Shown: positions 20,262 to 30,151, counted from the stretch's first letter. The stretch is 64,000 nt of DNA from Sphingobium sp. (GCA_050252755.1 JBFWKI010000014.1:4347-68346); one strand, 5' to 3'. Notes: generated by a model not told the origin, from the sequence alone. Made by a program: numbers and translations.

Positions 20262-21437
20262 TCAGGAGCCTTGGAGGCACTCCGTCACGGCATCCTGAAA
20301 CATGCGAATCTGCACCTCCATCCCGCCGAGTTGGACCTCCTTCATCGTGCCGGAGGAAAGCCCTTCCTGACACATGGAGGCGGCCCAATAATCTTCCTCG
20401 CCGAACACCCGCGTCATCAGTTCCATAGAGCGCTTGAGCCGGTCCTCGGCCCGATCGGTCTTCGGCTTTTCGTGGGCGAGCAGATAATAATCGACCGCGC
20501 ATTCGTCGATCGCGATCGGGCGCACCACGCCGAGGCTGGTATAATGCGGGCTGACGACGATGATCCCGTTGGGAAATCCGATATAGGAAAACACCATGAT
20601 CCAGCGCAGTTCATCATGGCGGCGCGTGATCTTGGCGCGTTCGAAATTGCTGCGATGCGCGGCGTTGCGGATATGCGGGCCGATACGGTCGATCTGATTT
20701 TCCGAATCGACCGAAAACTGCGCCAGCGAATCCTTATGCAGCCGGGTCACATGATAGCTGTCGAGCATCGAATCCATGACCAGCTTCCAGTTCGCCTTCA
20801 CCGGGAAGGTCGCATGGTCGTAAAGATAAGCCCGGCTAAGGCCGATGGCGTCGAGATCATCCGCCAGTTCGCCTTCGACCGGGGCGAAATCGAATGTCTT
20901 TTCCGCGTCCAGCCCAACCCAGATCAGCCCGCCCGCCTCACGCGCGGGCAGTTCGAGCAGGCCGAGATCCGATTTCGACAGGCCCGGAAAAATCTCCGAC
21001 CGGGGCAGGCCGATCAGCTTGCCGTCCAGATCATAAGTCCATGCATGATAGGGGCAGACGAGGCGCGGCGCCTTCTGGGTGTCGGTCGCCGTGCACAGCT
21101 TCATCCCGCGATGGCGGCAGACATTGGCGAACGCCTTGACCACGCCGTCCTTGTTGCGGGTGAGCAGCACGGGCATGCCCGCTATCGTCACCTGATGATA
21201 GGATTTGGGTTCGGGCAGCAGCGCGCCGGGCGCGGCGATGACCGGCACGCCCTTCCACACCGCCTTCAACTCCGCCTCATAGCGCGCAGGGTCGATATAG
21301 TTCGCGGCGGGAATGGTGTCGCGCACCTCCGGGTAATGGCAATCCGCCAGTTCGGGCATCGCGTCGAGCAGGCGTTGCTGACCCGGCGTTACCTCGCCCT
21401 GTTCCGCCGCCGGGCGATTGCTGGTGATCTGGTCCAT
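20262..21437 (-). CDS. Rieske [2Fe-2S] non-heme-iron oxygenase alpha subunit (paralog of 12878-14041)
   Basis: CRHRGMKLC...CPYHAW Rieske motif and DSYHVTRLH iron motif. Lies 12 nt downstream of the last acyl-CoA dehydrogenase gene. Confidence 0.9.
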   Translation of the reverse strand: MDQITSNRPAAEQGEVTPGQQRLLDAMPELADCHYPEVRDTIPAANYIDPARYEAELKAVWKGVPVIAAPGALLPEPKSYHQVTIAGMPVLLTRNKDGVVKAFANVCRHRGMKLCTATDTQKAPRLVCPYHAWTYDLDGKLIGLPRSEIFPGLSKSDLGLLELPAREAGGLIWVGLDAEKTFDFAPVEGELADDLDAIGLSRAYLYDHATFPVKANWKLVMDSMLDSYHVTRLHKDSLAQFSVDSENQIDRIGPHIRNAAHRSNFERAKITRRHDELRWIMVFSYIGFPNGIIVVSPHYTSLGVVRPIAIDECAVDYYLLAHEKPKTDRAEDRLKRSMELMTRVFGEEDYWAASMCQEGLSSGTMKEVQLGGMEVQIRMFQDAVTECLQGS

Positions 21438-21449
21438 GGTCTTCCTCCG

Positions 21450-22559
21450 TCAAGCCTTTTGCGCGACCAACGCGCCGGTGTCTTCCGCGCCCTCGAAACG
21501 CAGGTACGCCGCCCTGTCCCGATGCCGCGCCGAACTGCCGAAAAGCTGCTGGCTGAGCTTTGCCCGTTTAAGGAACAGGTGGCAGGGATGTTCCCATGTG
21601 AACCCGATGCCGCCATGCAGTTGCACCGCGTCGCCGCAGAACGCCGCATAAATGTCGCAAGCATAGGCTTTCGCGGCCGATGCCACGGCGGAGGCATCGG
21701 CTGCTCCCGCCTCGCCCAGCGCTGCGGCATGCCGCGCCAGCGCGGTCGTCGCCTCGATCTTGACCTTCCAGTCCGCCGCCCGGTGCTTGAGCGCCTGAAA
21801 CGAACCGATGGGTCGCCCGAACTGCTCGCGTATCTTCAGATATTCCACGGTCATATCGAGCAGCACCGCCGCCCCGCCCACCGCGTCGCAGGCGAGGCCC
21901 AACGCGGCATGATCGGCAAGGACGTCCCAGTCGCGTTCATCCAGCAAGAGCGCCATTACGGGGTCCGCCGCGACATTATCGAGCGTTACCCGCCCCATGC
22001 TGCGGGTCAGGTCCACCAGCGGGCGCGGCTCCACGGATACGCCCGGCGTCGCGGGTTCGAGCAGGGCAAGCCCCATGCCCGCGGCATCGCGCACGGGGAC
22101 CAGCAGCAGCGTCGCCACATCGGCGAAAAGCATATGGTCGATCACGCCATTGATGCGCCCGTCGGGGCTGGCTTCCGCCATATTCCCATCGCCGGGCAGG
22201 CTGATCGCGGCGACCACCTCGCCCGCGGCGATCTTCGGCAGCCAGCGCGCCTGCATGGCCGCATCGCCATGGGCGGCGATCAGGCTCGCCGCGATCATGG
22301 TGGACAGCGCGGGCACCGAGGCAAGCTGCCGCCCCAATTCCTCATACAGCACCGCGAGATGGGACAGGCCGAGGCCAAGGCCGCCATGCTCCTCCGGTAT
22401 CGCCAGCCCCAGCCAGCCGAGCGCCGCCATCTCCCGCCACAGGTCACGGTCAAAGCCGCGCCCTTCCTCGCCGGGGATGTCGAAGCTGTCCCCGGCACGG
22501 TCAGTCAGCACATCGCGGATGGCCTCGCGCAGTTCGGCGGTATCGAATATCTCGCTCAT
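21450..22559 (-). CDS. acyl-CoA dehydrogenase family protein (likely partner of 22556-23512)
   Basis: Start set at ATG 22559 (MSEIFDTAELREAIRD...), which makes an ATGA overlap with the upstream gene. C-terminus ...LHGGIGFTWEHPCHLFLKRA. The 515-aa ORF extension is not supported. Confidence 0.9.
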   Translation of the reverse strand: MSEIFDTAELREAIRDVLTDRAGDSFDIPGEEGRGFDRDLWREMAALGWLGLAIPEEHGGLGLGLSHLAVLYEELGRQLASVPALSTMIAASLIAAHGDAAMQARWLPKIAAGEVVAAISLPGDGNMAEASPDGRINGVIDHMLFADVATLLLVPVRDAAGMGLALLEPATPGVSVEPRPLVDLTRSMGRVTLDNVAADPVMALLLDERDWDVLADHAALGLACDAVGGAAVLLDMTVEYLKIREQFGRPIGSFQALKHRAADWKVKIEATTALARHAAALGEAGAADASAVASAAKAYACDIYAAFCGDAVQLHGGIGFTWEHPCHLFLKRAKLSQQLFGSSARHRDRAAYLRFEGAEDTGALVAQKA

Positions 22560-23512
22560 TGCGCCACCGCCTCGTTTTCCGACTGTTCCACCCCGGCCCA
22601 GCGGTCCGCCGCAATGGCGAGCGCCGTACCATAAAGCCCCCCGGCTTCGGGCTGAAGCGCGCGGATGCGGTAGGTCCAGAAATGCAGCAGATGCTCGGTC
22701 GTCACGCCCATGCCGCCATGGAACTGGTGCAGATCGAACAGCAACGCCTGAATGCCCAGTTGCGCATGACAGGCGGCGATATCGGCATCGCTGGCCTGCC
22801 CGCTCCACGCCGCCCGCATCGCCAGATAATAGAGGCTTTTCGCCCAGCCATGGCGCTGCACCAGCCGATGCTGCACCGCCTGAAACGAAGCGACCGGCCG
22901 CCCGAACACATGGCGTTGCTTCACATAATCGAGGGTGAAGGCAATCGCCGCATCCGTCGCGCCGGCGATTTCCGCTGCCAGCCCGACCCGCCACCATTGC
23001 CGCATCGCCGCAGCCGCGCCCTCGAACCGGGCCGCGCCGGAAAGGTCGGGCTGCGCGGTGAAGCGGCCATAGGGATAGGCGTAGATGCTTTCGACCGGCT
23101 CGACCCCGGCGGCATCGACGGGCAGCACCGCGACATCATCCCCCAGATCGACGAGCAGCGTGCCCGCGATCGGCAGGTTGCGGATCGCCTTATCCAGCCC
23201 GGCCCGCGTCGTCAGCGCGACCGGCCCGGCGAACCGCTCGCCCGGCAGGGTGAGCGGGGCCACCAGACCCGCGCCGATGGTGTCGATCGCCGCAACGCCC
23301 TTCGCCACCTCGAAGGTGACGAGCGCCGCCTCCAGCGGACCGATCTCCCGCCCGGCATCAAGAAAGCCATTATCGGCGAGCAATCCCTGCAACCCGGCAT
23401 CGTGCCACGCAAAGCTGAACCGTTCGTCCTGCGGCAGGTCCGCATGGTCGGTCATGATGGCCTGAAGCGCGGATACAAGCGCCTGCTGATCGTCTGTAAG
23501 CTGGAAATCCAT
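22556..23512 (-). CDS. acyl-CoA dehydrogenase family protein, short form (candidate beta-type subunit)
   Basis: Start at ATG 23512 (MDFQLTDDQQALV...), 318 aa. ...FGRPVASFQAVQHRL and FHGGMGVTTEHLLHF motifs. Shorter than canonical ACADs. Confidence 0.85.
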   Translation of the reverse strand: MDFQLTDDQQALVSALQAIMTDHADLPQDERFSFAWHDAGLQGLLADNGFLDAGREIGPLEAALVTFEVAKGVAAIDTIGAGLVAPLTLPGERFAGPVALTTRAGLDKAIRNLPIAGTLLVDLGDDVAVLPVDAAGVEPVESIYAYPYGRFTAQPDLSGAARFEGAAAAMRQWWRVGLAAEIAGATDAAIAFTLDYVKQRHVFGRPVASFQAVQHRLVQRHGWAKSLYYLAMRAAWSGQASDADIAACHAQLGIQALLFDLHQFHGGMGVTTEHLLHFWTYRIRALQPEAGGLYGTALAIAADRWAGVEQSENEAVAQ

Positions 23513-23513
23513 A

Positions 23514-24656
23514 TCAGCCCCTCGGCAGCCCGAGGCCGCGCCGGGCGACCAGATCGAGCTGAATTTCATTGGTGCCCCCGGTTATCCCGGCCGGCACGTT
23601 GATGCGGTAATAATCTTCGAGCAGAACATCGCCCCCGGCAATGCAATCGGGCACGAACTCGATCAGGAAGTTCATCATCTCCGACACGGCGTCGAGCGCG
23701 ACGATGCGCGCCAGATTGGCGTCGGTGGTCGGCGGCATGCGCTTCACCCGCTGATCGACGACTAGATAGGTGAGCATCCGCGCCGCCTCGAACTTCGCGA
23801 CGATCATCCCCGCGCGCGAACGCGCGATGGGGTCATCATCCCAGCGCCCTTCCCGCTTCAGTTGCGCCACCGCCTGATCGAGCGCGTCGAGGCCGGTATG
23901 ATAGCGCGCCACGCCCACCCGTTCATAGGCGAGCGCATGGGTGACGATCTCCCACGCCTGCCCTTCCTCGCCGACGCGGCTGGCGGCTGGCACGCGGACA
24001 TCGGTGAAGAACACTTCATTGAGATGGCCGGATTTTATGATGCCGGGGAAGCTGGTGACGGAAACGCCGGGCGTATCCATCGGCAGCAGGAAGATCGACA
24101 CGTCCTTGCGCGCGGGGCCGGTGCGGGCGAGCAGGAAGCACCAGTCGGCGGTGCGCGCATAGCTCGTCCAGATTTTCGATCCGTTGATGATATAATCATC
24201 GCCGTCGCGCTCCGCCCGCGTTTTCAGCGCGGCCAGATCGGTGCCCGCATTGGGTTCGGAAAAGCCCTGGCACCAGATCACCCGCCCGCTGGAGATGCCC
24301 TTGAGGTGCTGCTCCTTCTGTTCGGGCGTGCCATAGCGCATCAGCGTCGGCCCGATCCAGTTGACGTTCATATATTGCGGCCCGCGCGGTTCGCCCGCGC
24401 CCTTCATCTCTTCGCCAAGGACGAAATGATCCCAGTCCGCGCTGTTGCTGCCGCCATATTCGACCGGCCAGTGCGGCACCAGCAGCCCGCGCTCCGCCAG
24501 CCCGGCGCAAAATTCGCGGGAAAAGGCGACCTGCAAATCGGACGCATAGCTTTCGGGGACATATTTTTCGTCCCAGTCATCAGGCAAAAGCTCGTCGAGC
24601 GCCGCGCGCACGCGGGTCCGATAATTCTCCTGATCGGGTGCCCAGGCAAATTCCAT
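23514..24656 (-). CDS. acyl-CoA dehydrogenase
   Basis: Start at ATG 24656 (MEFAWAPDQENY...). WCQGFSEPNAGTDLAAL, and a C-terminal GGTNEIQLDLVA with the usual catalytic Glu position. Confidence 0.9.
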   Translation of the reverse strand: MEFAWAPDQENYRTRVRAALDELLPDDWDEKYVPESYASDLQVAFSREFCAGLAERGLLVPHWPVEYGGSNSADWDHFVLGEEMKGAGEPRGPQYMNVNWIGPTLMRYGTPEQKEQHLKGISSGRVIWCQGFSEPNAGTDLAALKTRAERDGDDYIINGSKIWTSYARTADWCFLLARTGPARKDVSIFLLPMDTPGVSVTSFPGIIKSGHLNEVFFTDVRVPAASRVGEEGQAWEIVTHALAYERVGVARYHTGLDALDQAVAQLKREGRWDDDPIARSRAGMIVAKFEAARMLTYLVVDQRVKRMPPTTDANLARIVALDAVSEMMNFLIEFVPDCIAGGDVLLEDYYRINVPAGITGGTNEIQLDLVARRGLGLPRG

Positions 24657-24675
24657 CGTTGTTGTTCTTTCCCTT

Positions 24676-25884
24676 TTACGCTGTCTTGGCCTGCGGCTCA
24701 CGCGGAAGCTGCAAGCCGCGCTCGGCGATGATGGTACGCTGAATTTCGGAACTGCCGCCAGAGATGGTCCAGGCCCAGGAATAGAGGAAATCCTGCATCC
24801 AATAGCCCGTCTCATTGGCGCCGCCCATCAGCACGGCCTGTAGATATTGCGCGTCGATCCCGCCGATCGCGACGCCCAGTTCGGTAAAATCGCGCAGCAG
24901 ATCGCTGTAATACAGCTTGATGATCGACGGCTCCACCCCGACCGCATCGCCTTTCAGCACGCTGGTAAGCTGATTGTTGACGAGCAGGCGCAGCGCCTCG
25001 ATACGGCTATATATATCGACCAGACGGCGGCGTATCTCGTCATCCTCATAGGGTGTCCGGCCTCCCTTGGGCGCCCGCGCATCGGCCAGCAGCAGCTTGA
25101 AGCCCTCCCGCATCCGCTCTGCCAGTTCGAGGACGGACAGGCCGCGTTCCGACGACAGCGTCGATTGCGCCACCGCCCAGCCGCCATGTTCCGGGCCGAT
25201 CAGATTTTCGGCGGGAATGACAACATCATCAAGGAACAATTCGTTGAAATGCGACGCGCCGGTCATCTGCTTGATCGGGCGCAGGCTGACGCCCGACGTT
25301 TCCAGATCGAGGATGAAATAGGAAATGCCCTTGGTCTTGGAGACGTTCGGGTCCGTGCGCGCGAGCAGCAGGCAATAGCGGGCATGATGGGCGTTGGACG
25401 ACCATGTCTTCTGGCCGTTCACCACATAATGATCGCCGCGCCGCTCGGCCCGCGTGCGCAGGCTCGCAAGGTCCGACCCGGCATCAGGCTCGGAAAAGCC
25501 CTGACACCATATCTCGTCCCCCGCCAGCACGGCGGGCAGGTGGCGGCGGCGCTGTTCCTCGGTGCCCCAGTGCAGCAGCGTGCCGGGCACATGATGCAAC
25601 GCGATGAAATAGAGAATCAGGCGCGGCGCGCCAGCACGGGCGATTTCCTCATAAAGGACGATCTGTTCCGCAAAGGAAAAGCCGCTGCCGCCCCATTCGC
25701 GGGGCCAGTGCGGCGCGCCATAGCCGCCCTCCATCAGCTTGCGGAACCACCATTTCTGAAAGGCGACATGATCCTCCTCGGCAGCGCCGAGCATCTTCTG
25801 CTGCCAGTCGGACGGGAGGTTTGCGGCAAGCCATGCGCGCACTTCGGCGCGAAACGGCTCCAGACGCTTCAGTTCCTCAAGCAT
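24676..25884 (-). CDS. acyl-CoA dehydrogenase
   Basis: Start at ATG 25884 (MLEELKRLEPFRAE...). WCQGFSEPDAGSDLASL and GGSSEIQRTIIAERGL. A paralog of 23514-24656. Confidence 0.9.
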   Translation of the reverse strand: MLEELKRLEPFRAEVRAWLAANLPSDWQQKMLGAAEEDHVAFQKWWFRKLMEGGYGAPHWPREWGGSGFSFAEQIVLYEEIARAGAPRLILYFIALHHVPGTLLHWGTEEQRRRHLPAVLAGDEIWCQGFSEPDAGSDLASLRTRAERRGDHYVVNGQKTWSSNAHHARYCLLLARTDPNVSKTKGISYFILDLETSGVSLRPIKQMTGASHFNELFLDDVVIPAENLIGPEHGGWAVAQSTLSSERGLSVLELAERMREGFKLLLADARAPKGGRTPYEDDEIRRRLVDIYSRIEALRLLVNNQLTSVLKGDAVGVEPSIIKLYYSDLLRDFTELGVAIGGIDAQYLQAVLMGGANETGYWMQDFLYSWAWTISGGSSEIQRTIIAERGLQLPREPQAKTA

Positions 25885-26068
25885 CTCAGGCGCGGTCCTT
25901 CCCCACAGCGCGAACGGGCAAGGTTCGCAAATCGGACCGCAGCCCCCCAGTAACGGCTCTTGCCATGGCCTTTTCCGACCCCCGTTTCGTTCGATTAACG
26001 CTCCAATGTTCCATATAGAAACGATGGGCGTTTTGGCGTCGGCTGTCAACATGATAGGCGAGAATTGA

Positions 26069-26102
26069 CGATGAAAATGTGCGTTTATCGTCCATTTGCG
26101 CT
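26069..26102 (+). promoter_or_regulatory. weak candidate PcaR/IclR-like box pair
   Basis: GTGCGTTTATCGTCC (26069) matches 12/15 of the palindromic consensus. The +19 position reads GCGCTTTATAAGAAC, a poor match that contains TATAAG. About 43 nt upstream of ATG 26145. Confidence 0.3.
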
Positions 26103-26144
26103 TTATAAGAACATTGTATAGGGTGAGAAAGAGAGGGAAAGAAC

Positions 26145-26630
26145 ATGGAAATTCCGCAGAAATCAGCCGCTATCATGGATATAAGCGCCACGAAGGCGCG
26201 CTATTTCCGGTGCGTCGATACGCGCGACTGGCAAGGTCTGCATCATGTGTTCACCGAAGATGCGATCTTCGACCGCACCCATGGCAACAGCGTGCAAGAC
26301 CCGCAGACCGGCGAATGGACGCCCCCCGTTTCGCCCGAACCGCTGCTCGTCCATGGCCGGGACGCGGTGATCGCGATGGTGCAACGCGCCGTTGCCGGGG
26401 TCGTCACCGTCCATCATGGCCATATGCCCGAATTTGCCTTCAACGATTCCGACACCGCACGGGTCATATGGGCGATGAGCGACGAATTGCGCGACCGGCA
26501 GGGACGGCTGATCCTTGCGGGGCGCGGGCATTATCACGATATTTGTCGCCGCACCGCCGAAGGCTGGCGCATCGCGGCATCGCGCCTCACCCGCCTTGTC
26601 CTCCAGCGCGGCGACGGGGTCAGGGAATAG
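26145..26630 (+). CDS. NTF2-fold (SnoaL_4-like) protein
   Basis: ATG is preceded by GAGAGGGAAAG. ...ATKARYFRCVDTRDWQGLHHVFTEDAIFD is typical of SnoaL_4/NTF2-like proteins. Confidence 0.75.
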   Translation: MEIPQKSAAIMDISATKARYFRCVDTRDWQGLHHVFTEDAIFDRTHGNSVQDPQTGEWTPPVSPEPLLVHGRDAVIAMVQRAVAGVVTVHHGHMPEFAFNDSDTARVIWAMSDELRDRQGRLILAGRGHYHDICRRTAEGWRIAASRLTRLVLQRGDGVRE

Positions 26631-26705
26631 AGATTTGCCTTTCATGATGATCGGGGCGGCAAGGCATCGCCATGCCCCGGCAATGTTTCAGGGAGAAATA
26701 CTGTC

Positions 26706-27488
26706 ATGGATATCGGAGTAAAGGGTCGAACGGCCATTGTGTGCGGGGGCAGCAGGGGCATGAGCCGGGCGGCGGCGCGGCGTCTTTCGCTGGAAGGCGC
26801 CAATGTCGTCATCGTGGCGCGCACCCCCGCCTCGCTGGAAGCTACCGCGCAGGCAATCCGCGCCGAAAGCGGTGTCGATGTCGCCCATTTCGCGACCGAC
26901 CTCACCACGCCGGACGGGCGCGCCGCGCTGATCGCCGCGCACCCCGCGCCGGATCTGCTCATCACCAATGCCGGGGTGCCGCAACGGCCGATCCGCTATC
27001 AGGATTTGACCCGCGAGCAATGGCTGTGGTGGTTCGATGCGCATTTCTTTTCCGCCATCGACCTGATCCACGGCTATGCGCCGGGCATGTGCGAACGCCG
27101 CTTCGGGCGCATCGTCAATATCTCGGCCAATTTCATCAAATTCCCGCAGGTGGGCGTCGGCCATTCCCATGCCGCGCGCCTTGCGCTCGCCGGGGCGATC
27201 GCCTCGCTCGTCCGCGAGGTCGCGCCCTATAATGTCACGATCAACAGCATTCTCCCCGGCCTCATCAATACCGAGGCGCTACAGGCCTCGCTTCAGGGCC
27301 GCGCAGATACGCTTGGCGTGCCCTATGAAAGCATCGAGAAGGAGGTGCGCGCCCGCACCGCCGCCGATCGCATCGCCGACCCGCAAGAGGTGGGCGACCT
27401 TATCGCGATGTTCTGCGCCAGCCAGATGGGCTATGTGACAGGGCAGAACATCATCAATGACGGGGGGGCCTTTCAGGGCCTTTTCTAA
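26706..27488 (+). CDS. SDR-family protein of the atypical subgroup lacking the YxxxK dyad
   Basis: AIVCGGSRGMS Rossmann motif and ITNAG. The catalytic region reads GHSHAARLALAG instead of YxxxK. Confidence 0.85.
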   Translation: MDIGVKGRTAIVCGGSRGMSRAAARRLSLEGANVVIVARTPASLEATAQAIRAESGVDVAHFATDLTTPDGRAALIAAHPAPDLLITNAGVPQRPIRYQDLTREQWLWWFDAHFFSAIDLIHGYAPGMCERRFGRIVNISANFIKFPQVGVGHSHAARLALAGAIASLVREVAPYNVTINSILPGLINTEALQASLQGRADTLGVPYESIEKEVRARTAADRIADPQEVGDLIAMFCASQMGYVTGQNIINDGGAFQGLF

Positions 27489-27628
27489 CGCATTTTCAAG
27501 CCGGATGATGACGCCCGACAACCCCGGACGCGGGAAGCAGGGCCGGGATGCTTCGGGCTGATTATCCATCAGCCAGTCCGGCCCCCCGGTCCCTGCCCCC
27601 GATCCCTGTCCTTCCCGCTCGGCTCCTT

Positions 27629-28453
27629 TTACGGGAGGATTTCCGCAAGCTGCGCCTGCATCTCCAGCATGGCGGGCAGGATTTCCGTTTCCACCCGCTC
27701 CGGGGAGCTGCGCGAAACATGCAGGCCGACCGTCACCGCCGCGACGGTATTGCCCGCGAAATTGCGGATCGGCACCGCGATGGAGCGGGAGTTCGTCTCC
27801 AATTCCTGATCGATGAACGCATAGCCCTGATCGCGCACGCGATCTATCTCCGCCATCAGCACCTTGACCGTGGTCAGCGTCCGGTCGGTCAGGCGCTGGC
27901 GGTCACTCGCCTCGATGACCTGCTTGGCCTGTTCGGGCGGCAGCGCAGCCAGCAAAACGCGGCCCAGCGAGGTGCAATAGGCGGGCAGACGGCTACCCGC
28001 ATGCAGCCCCGCGCCGACGATGCGGTGATGCGATGCGCGGGCGATATAGACCACCTCCGTCCCGTCGAGCACAGCCGCCGAACAGCTTTCCCGCAACTGA
28101 TCGGCAAGCTGATCCAGCGATGGCTTGATAAGGCGCGGCAACGAGGCGGCGAGATAGGAATGGCCCAGCCGCAGGATGCGCGGGGTCAGTTCGAAATAGC
28201 GGTCGTCCGTGGTCGCGTAGCGCATTTCGACCAGCGTCAGCAGGCACCGCCGCGCCGATGCGCGATCCAGCCCGCTCAACCGCGCCACCTCCGCGATGGT
28301 CAGGCGATTGCGACCCTGACCGAAGGCCTCGATCACCGACAAACCTTTGGCAAATCCGCCCATTCGATCGACGTCGCGCAACACTCGCCCCGTTCCCTTG
28401 GACGCCGCCTCGACCGGTTGTTCCCTGCTCGCTTCACTCACTCCCTGCTCCAT
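27629..28453 (-). CDS. IclR-family transcriptional regulator (PcaR/PcaU-like)
   Basis: N-terminal wHTH ...KGLSVIEAFGQGRNRLTIAEVARLSGLDRASARRCLLTL, and a C-terminal IclR effector domain (...YAFIDQELE...RSIAVPIRN). Confidence 0.9.
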   Translation of the reverse strand: MEQGVSEASREQPVEAASKGTGRVLRDVDRMGGFAKGLSVIEAFGQGRNRLTIAEVARLSGLDRASARRCLLTLVEMRYATTDDRYFELTPRILRLGHSYLAASLPRLIKPSLDQLADQLRESCSAAVLDGTEVVYIARASHHRIVGAGLHAGSRLPAYCTSLGRVLLAALPPEQAKQVIEASDRQRLTDRTLTTVKVLMAEIDRVRDQGYAFIDQELETNSRSIAVPIRNFAGNTVAAVTVGLHVSRSSPERVETEILPAMLEMQAQLAEILP

Positions 28454-28477
28454 ATATCTTCCCTGAACACCAAGATC

Positions 28478-28492
28478 GTGCGATTATTGCAC
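28478..28492. promoter_or_regulatory. near-perfect 15-bp palindrome upstream of the IclR gene (candidate autoregulatory operator)
   Basis: In GTGCGATTATTGCAC, 6 of 7 arm positions pair. The site lies 25 bp upstream of the IclR start codon and belongs to the same box family as 14222-14236. Confidence 0.6.
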
Positions 28493-28552
28493 ACATCTTG
28501 CAGGCTGTATAGCATCCCTGAACAGCGGCAGGCGCTCGCCATACCCCTGCCG

Positions 28553-30148
28553 TCATGCCTTCTGCCCGATCAGGTCCGCCGCGCGCCAGGCGATTGCCAT
28601 GGCCGGGCCATTGGTGTTTCCGGCGAGCATGAACGGGAACACCGACGTATCGGCCACCCGCAGCCCCTCGACGCCCCGCACGCGCAACGCGGGATCGACG
28701 ACGGACGCCGCATCGCTGCCCATCCGGCAAGTGCCCGATGCATGGTAATTGGCATAGCCGAACTGAAGATAAGCCCGCTCTATATCCTCCTCACGCGCAA
28801 AATCCGCGCCCGGCCGCGTCTCGCCCTCGATCATCGCGGCAAGCGGCGCCTGACGCACGAAGCGGCGGACATAATCGAACATCTTGCCGACGATCGCCCG
28901 GTCCGACGGGTCGCTCTGATAGGCGGGCACGATATCGGGCAGGGCCTCCGGGTCGCGTGAAGAGATCATCACCGATCCGCGCGAATCGGGCCGGATCTTG
29001 TAGACGCAGAAGTTCAACCCGCCATGATCCTCCACGCGTAGCGGCACCGCCGTATAATTGAAGGTATAGGGCGACATCAGGATTTGCAGGTCGGGCCGGT
29101 CCAGCGACGGATCGGACTTGGCATAGCCCGCCATGTCATAGGCGCCGCCCGCCATCGCGCCCTTGCCGGTGAGATAATAGCGCAGCACGCTCGCGATCAG
29201 ACCGGGGCCGCGAAAGGCCTTGTTCTGCGAAATCGCGTCCGGCACCTTCCATTGGAACACGACGCCGCGATGCTCGAACAGGTCGGCGCCCACGCCCGCA
29301 TTATCCTGCACGACCGGAATATCGAGGGCGGAAAGCCGATCCGCCGGTCCCACGCCGGATCGTTGCAGAATGGCGGGGCTGGCCAGCGCCCCGGCGCACA
29401 GGAGGGTTTCGCCTGCGGAATAGGTGACGGACCGGCCATCCTGCCGCGCGGCGACGCCGACAGCGCGCTTGCCCTCGAACAGGATGCGATCGACCGTCAC
29501 GCCGGTCCGCACCGTCAGATTGGGGCGCTTCATCGCGGGGCGCAGGAAGGCGGTGGCGGCGCTCTGGCGCTTGCCCTTGTAGATGGTGCGGGGCGCATAG
29601 CCGACGCGTTCCCGGTCGGCGGGATCGTTGATATCCTCCATCCGCTCCAGCCCCATCGCCTCCCCGGCGGCCAGCACCGCTTCCGTCAGGTCCGATCGAT
29701 AGTCGGGCAAGGTGATATGCAACGGGCCATCGCCGCCACGCGCCGGTCCTGCGCCCAGTTCATGCGCCTCCATCGCGCGATAGGCCTGTGCGATGTTCGC
29801 CCAGTTCCAATCCTCGCTGCTCATGTCCGCCAGCCGGTCGAAATCCTGTTGCGCGCCCCGCACATAGACCATGCCGTTGACCGAGCTCGACCCGCCGAGC
29901 ACGCGCCCACGCGCCCAGCTTTCCGAAACATTGTTGGACCCCGGCTCCGCTTTAGTCGCGAACGGCCAGATGAAACGCAGATTGGACATGACCTTGGCCA
30001 GCCCGCGCGGCATGCGGATGAAGGGATTGTCGTCCTTGCCCCCCGCCTCCAGCAGCAGCACACGGGTCCGGGGGTTTTCGGTCAGCCGATAGGCGAGGAC
30101 GCAGCCAGCAGCGCCCGCGCCGATGATGATATAATCATAGTCTGCCAT
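28553..30148 (-). CDS. GMC-family FAD oxidoreductase (alcohol/choline dehydrogenase-like)
   Basis: MADYDYIIIGAGAAGCVLAYRL (GxGxxG), the GMC signature region, and a C-terminal ...YHASGTCRMG. Confidence 0.95.
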   Translation of the reverse strand: MADYDYIIIGAGAAGCVLAYRLTENPRTRVLLLEAGGKDDNPFIRMPRGLAKVMSNLRFIWPFATKAEPGSNNVSESWARGRVLGGSSSVNGMVYVRGAQQDFDRLADMSSEDWNWANIAQAYRAMEAHELGAGPARGGDGPLHITLPDYRSDLTEAVLAAGEAMGLERMEDINDPADRERVGYAPRTIYKGKRQSAATAFLRPAMKRPNLTVRTGVTVDRILFEGKRAVGVAARQDGRSVTYSAGETLLCAGALASPAILQRSGVGPADRLSALDIPVVQDNAGVGADLFEHRGVVFQWKVPDAISQNKAFRGPGLIASVLRYYLTGKGAMAGGAYDMAGYAKSDPSLDRPDLQILMSPYTFNYTAVPLRVEDHGGLNFCVYKIRPDSRGSVMISSRDPEALPDIVPAYQSDPSDRAIVGKMFDYVRRFVRQAPLAAMIEGETRPGADFAREEDIERAYLQFGYANYHASGTCRMGSDAASVVDPALRVRGVEGLRVADTSVFPFMLAGNTNGPAMAIAWRAADLIGQKA

Positions 30149-30151
30149 GGA

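Noticed and set aside
21450-22997. N-terminal extensions of ORF-track entries (also 23514-24815, 24676-26052, 18595-20052, 929-1897, 7335-8231, 61075-63588)
   Set aside because: In each case an internal ATG or GTG with an SD-like sequence, or a start/stop overlap with the upstream gene, gives a protein whose N-terminus matches the family. The extension overlaps a neighbouring gene or has poor codon bias.
26706-27488. SDR lacking the catalytic YxxxK dyad (GHSHAARLALAG), considered as a possible pseudo-enzyme
   Set aside because: As I recall, a described subgroup of BKR-like SDRs naturally lacks the canonical Tyr/Lys spacing in this region. The rest of the fold motifs are intact, so this is probably a family trait rather than decay. 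An HMM/CDD assignment would settle it.
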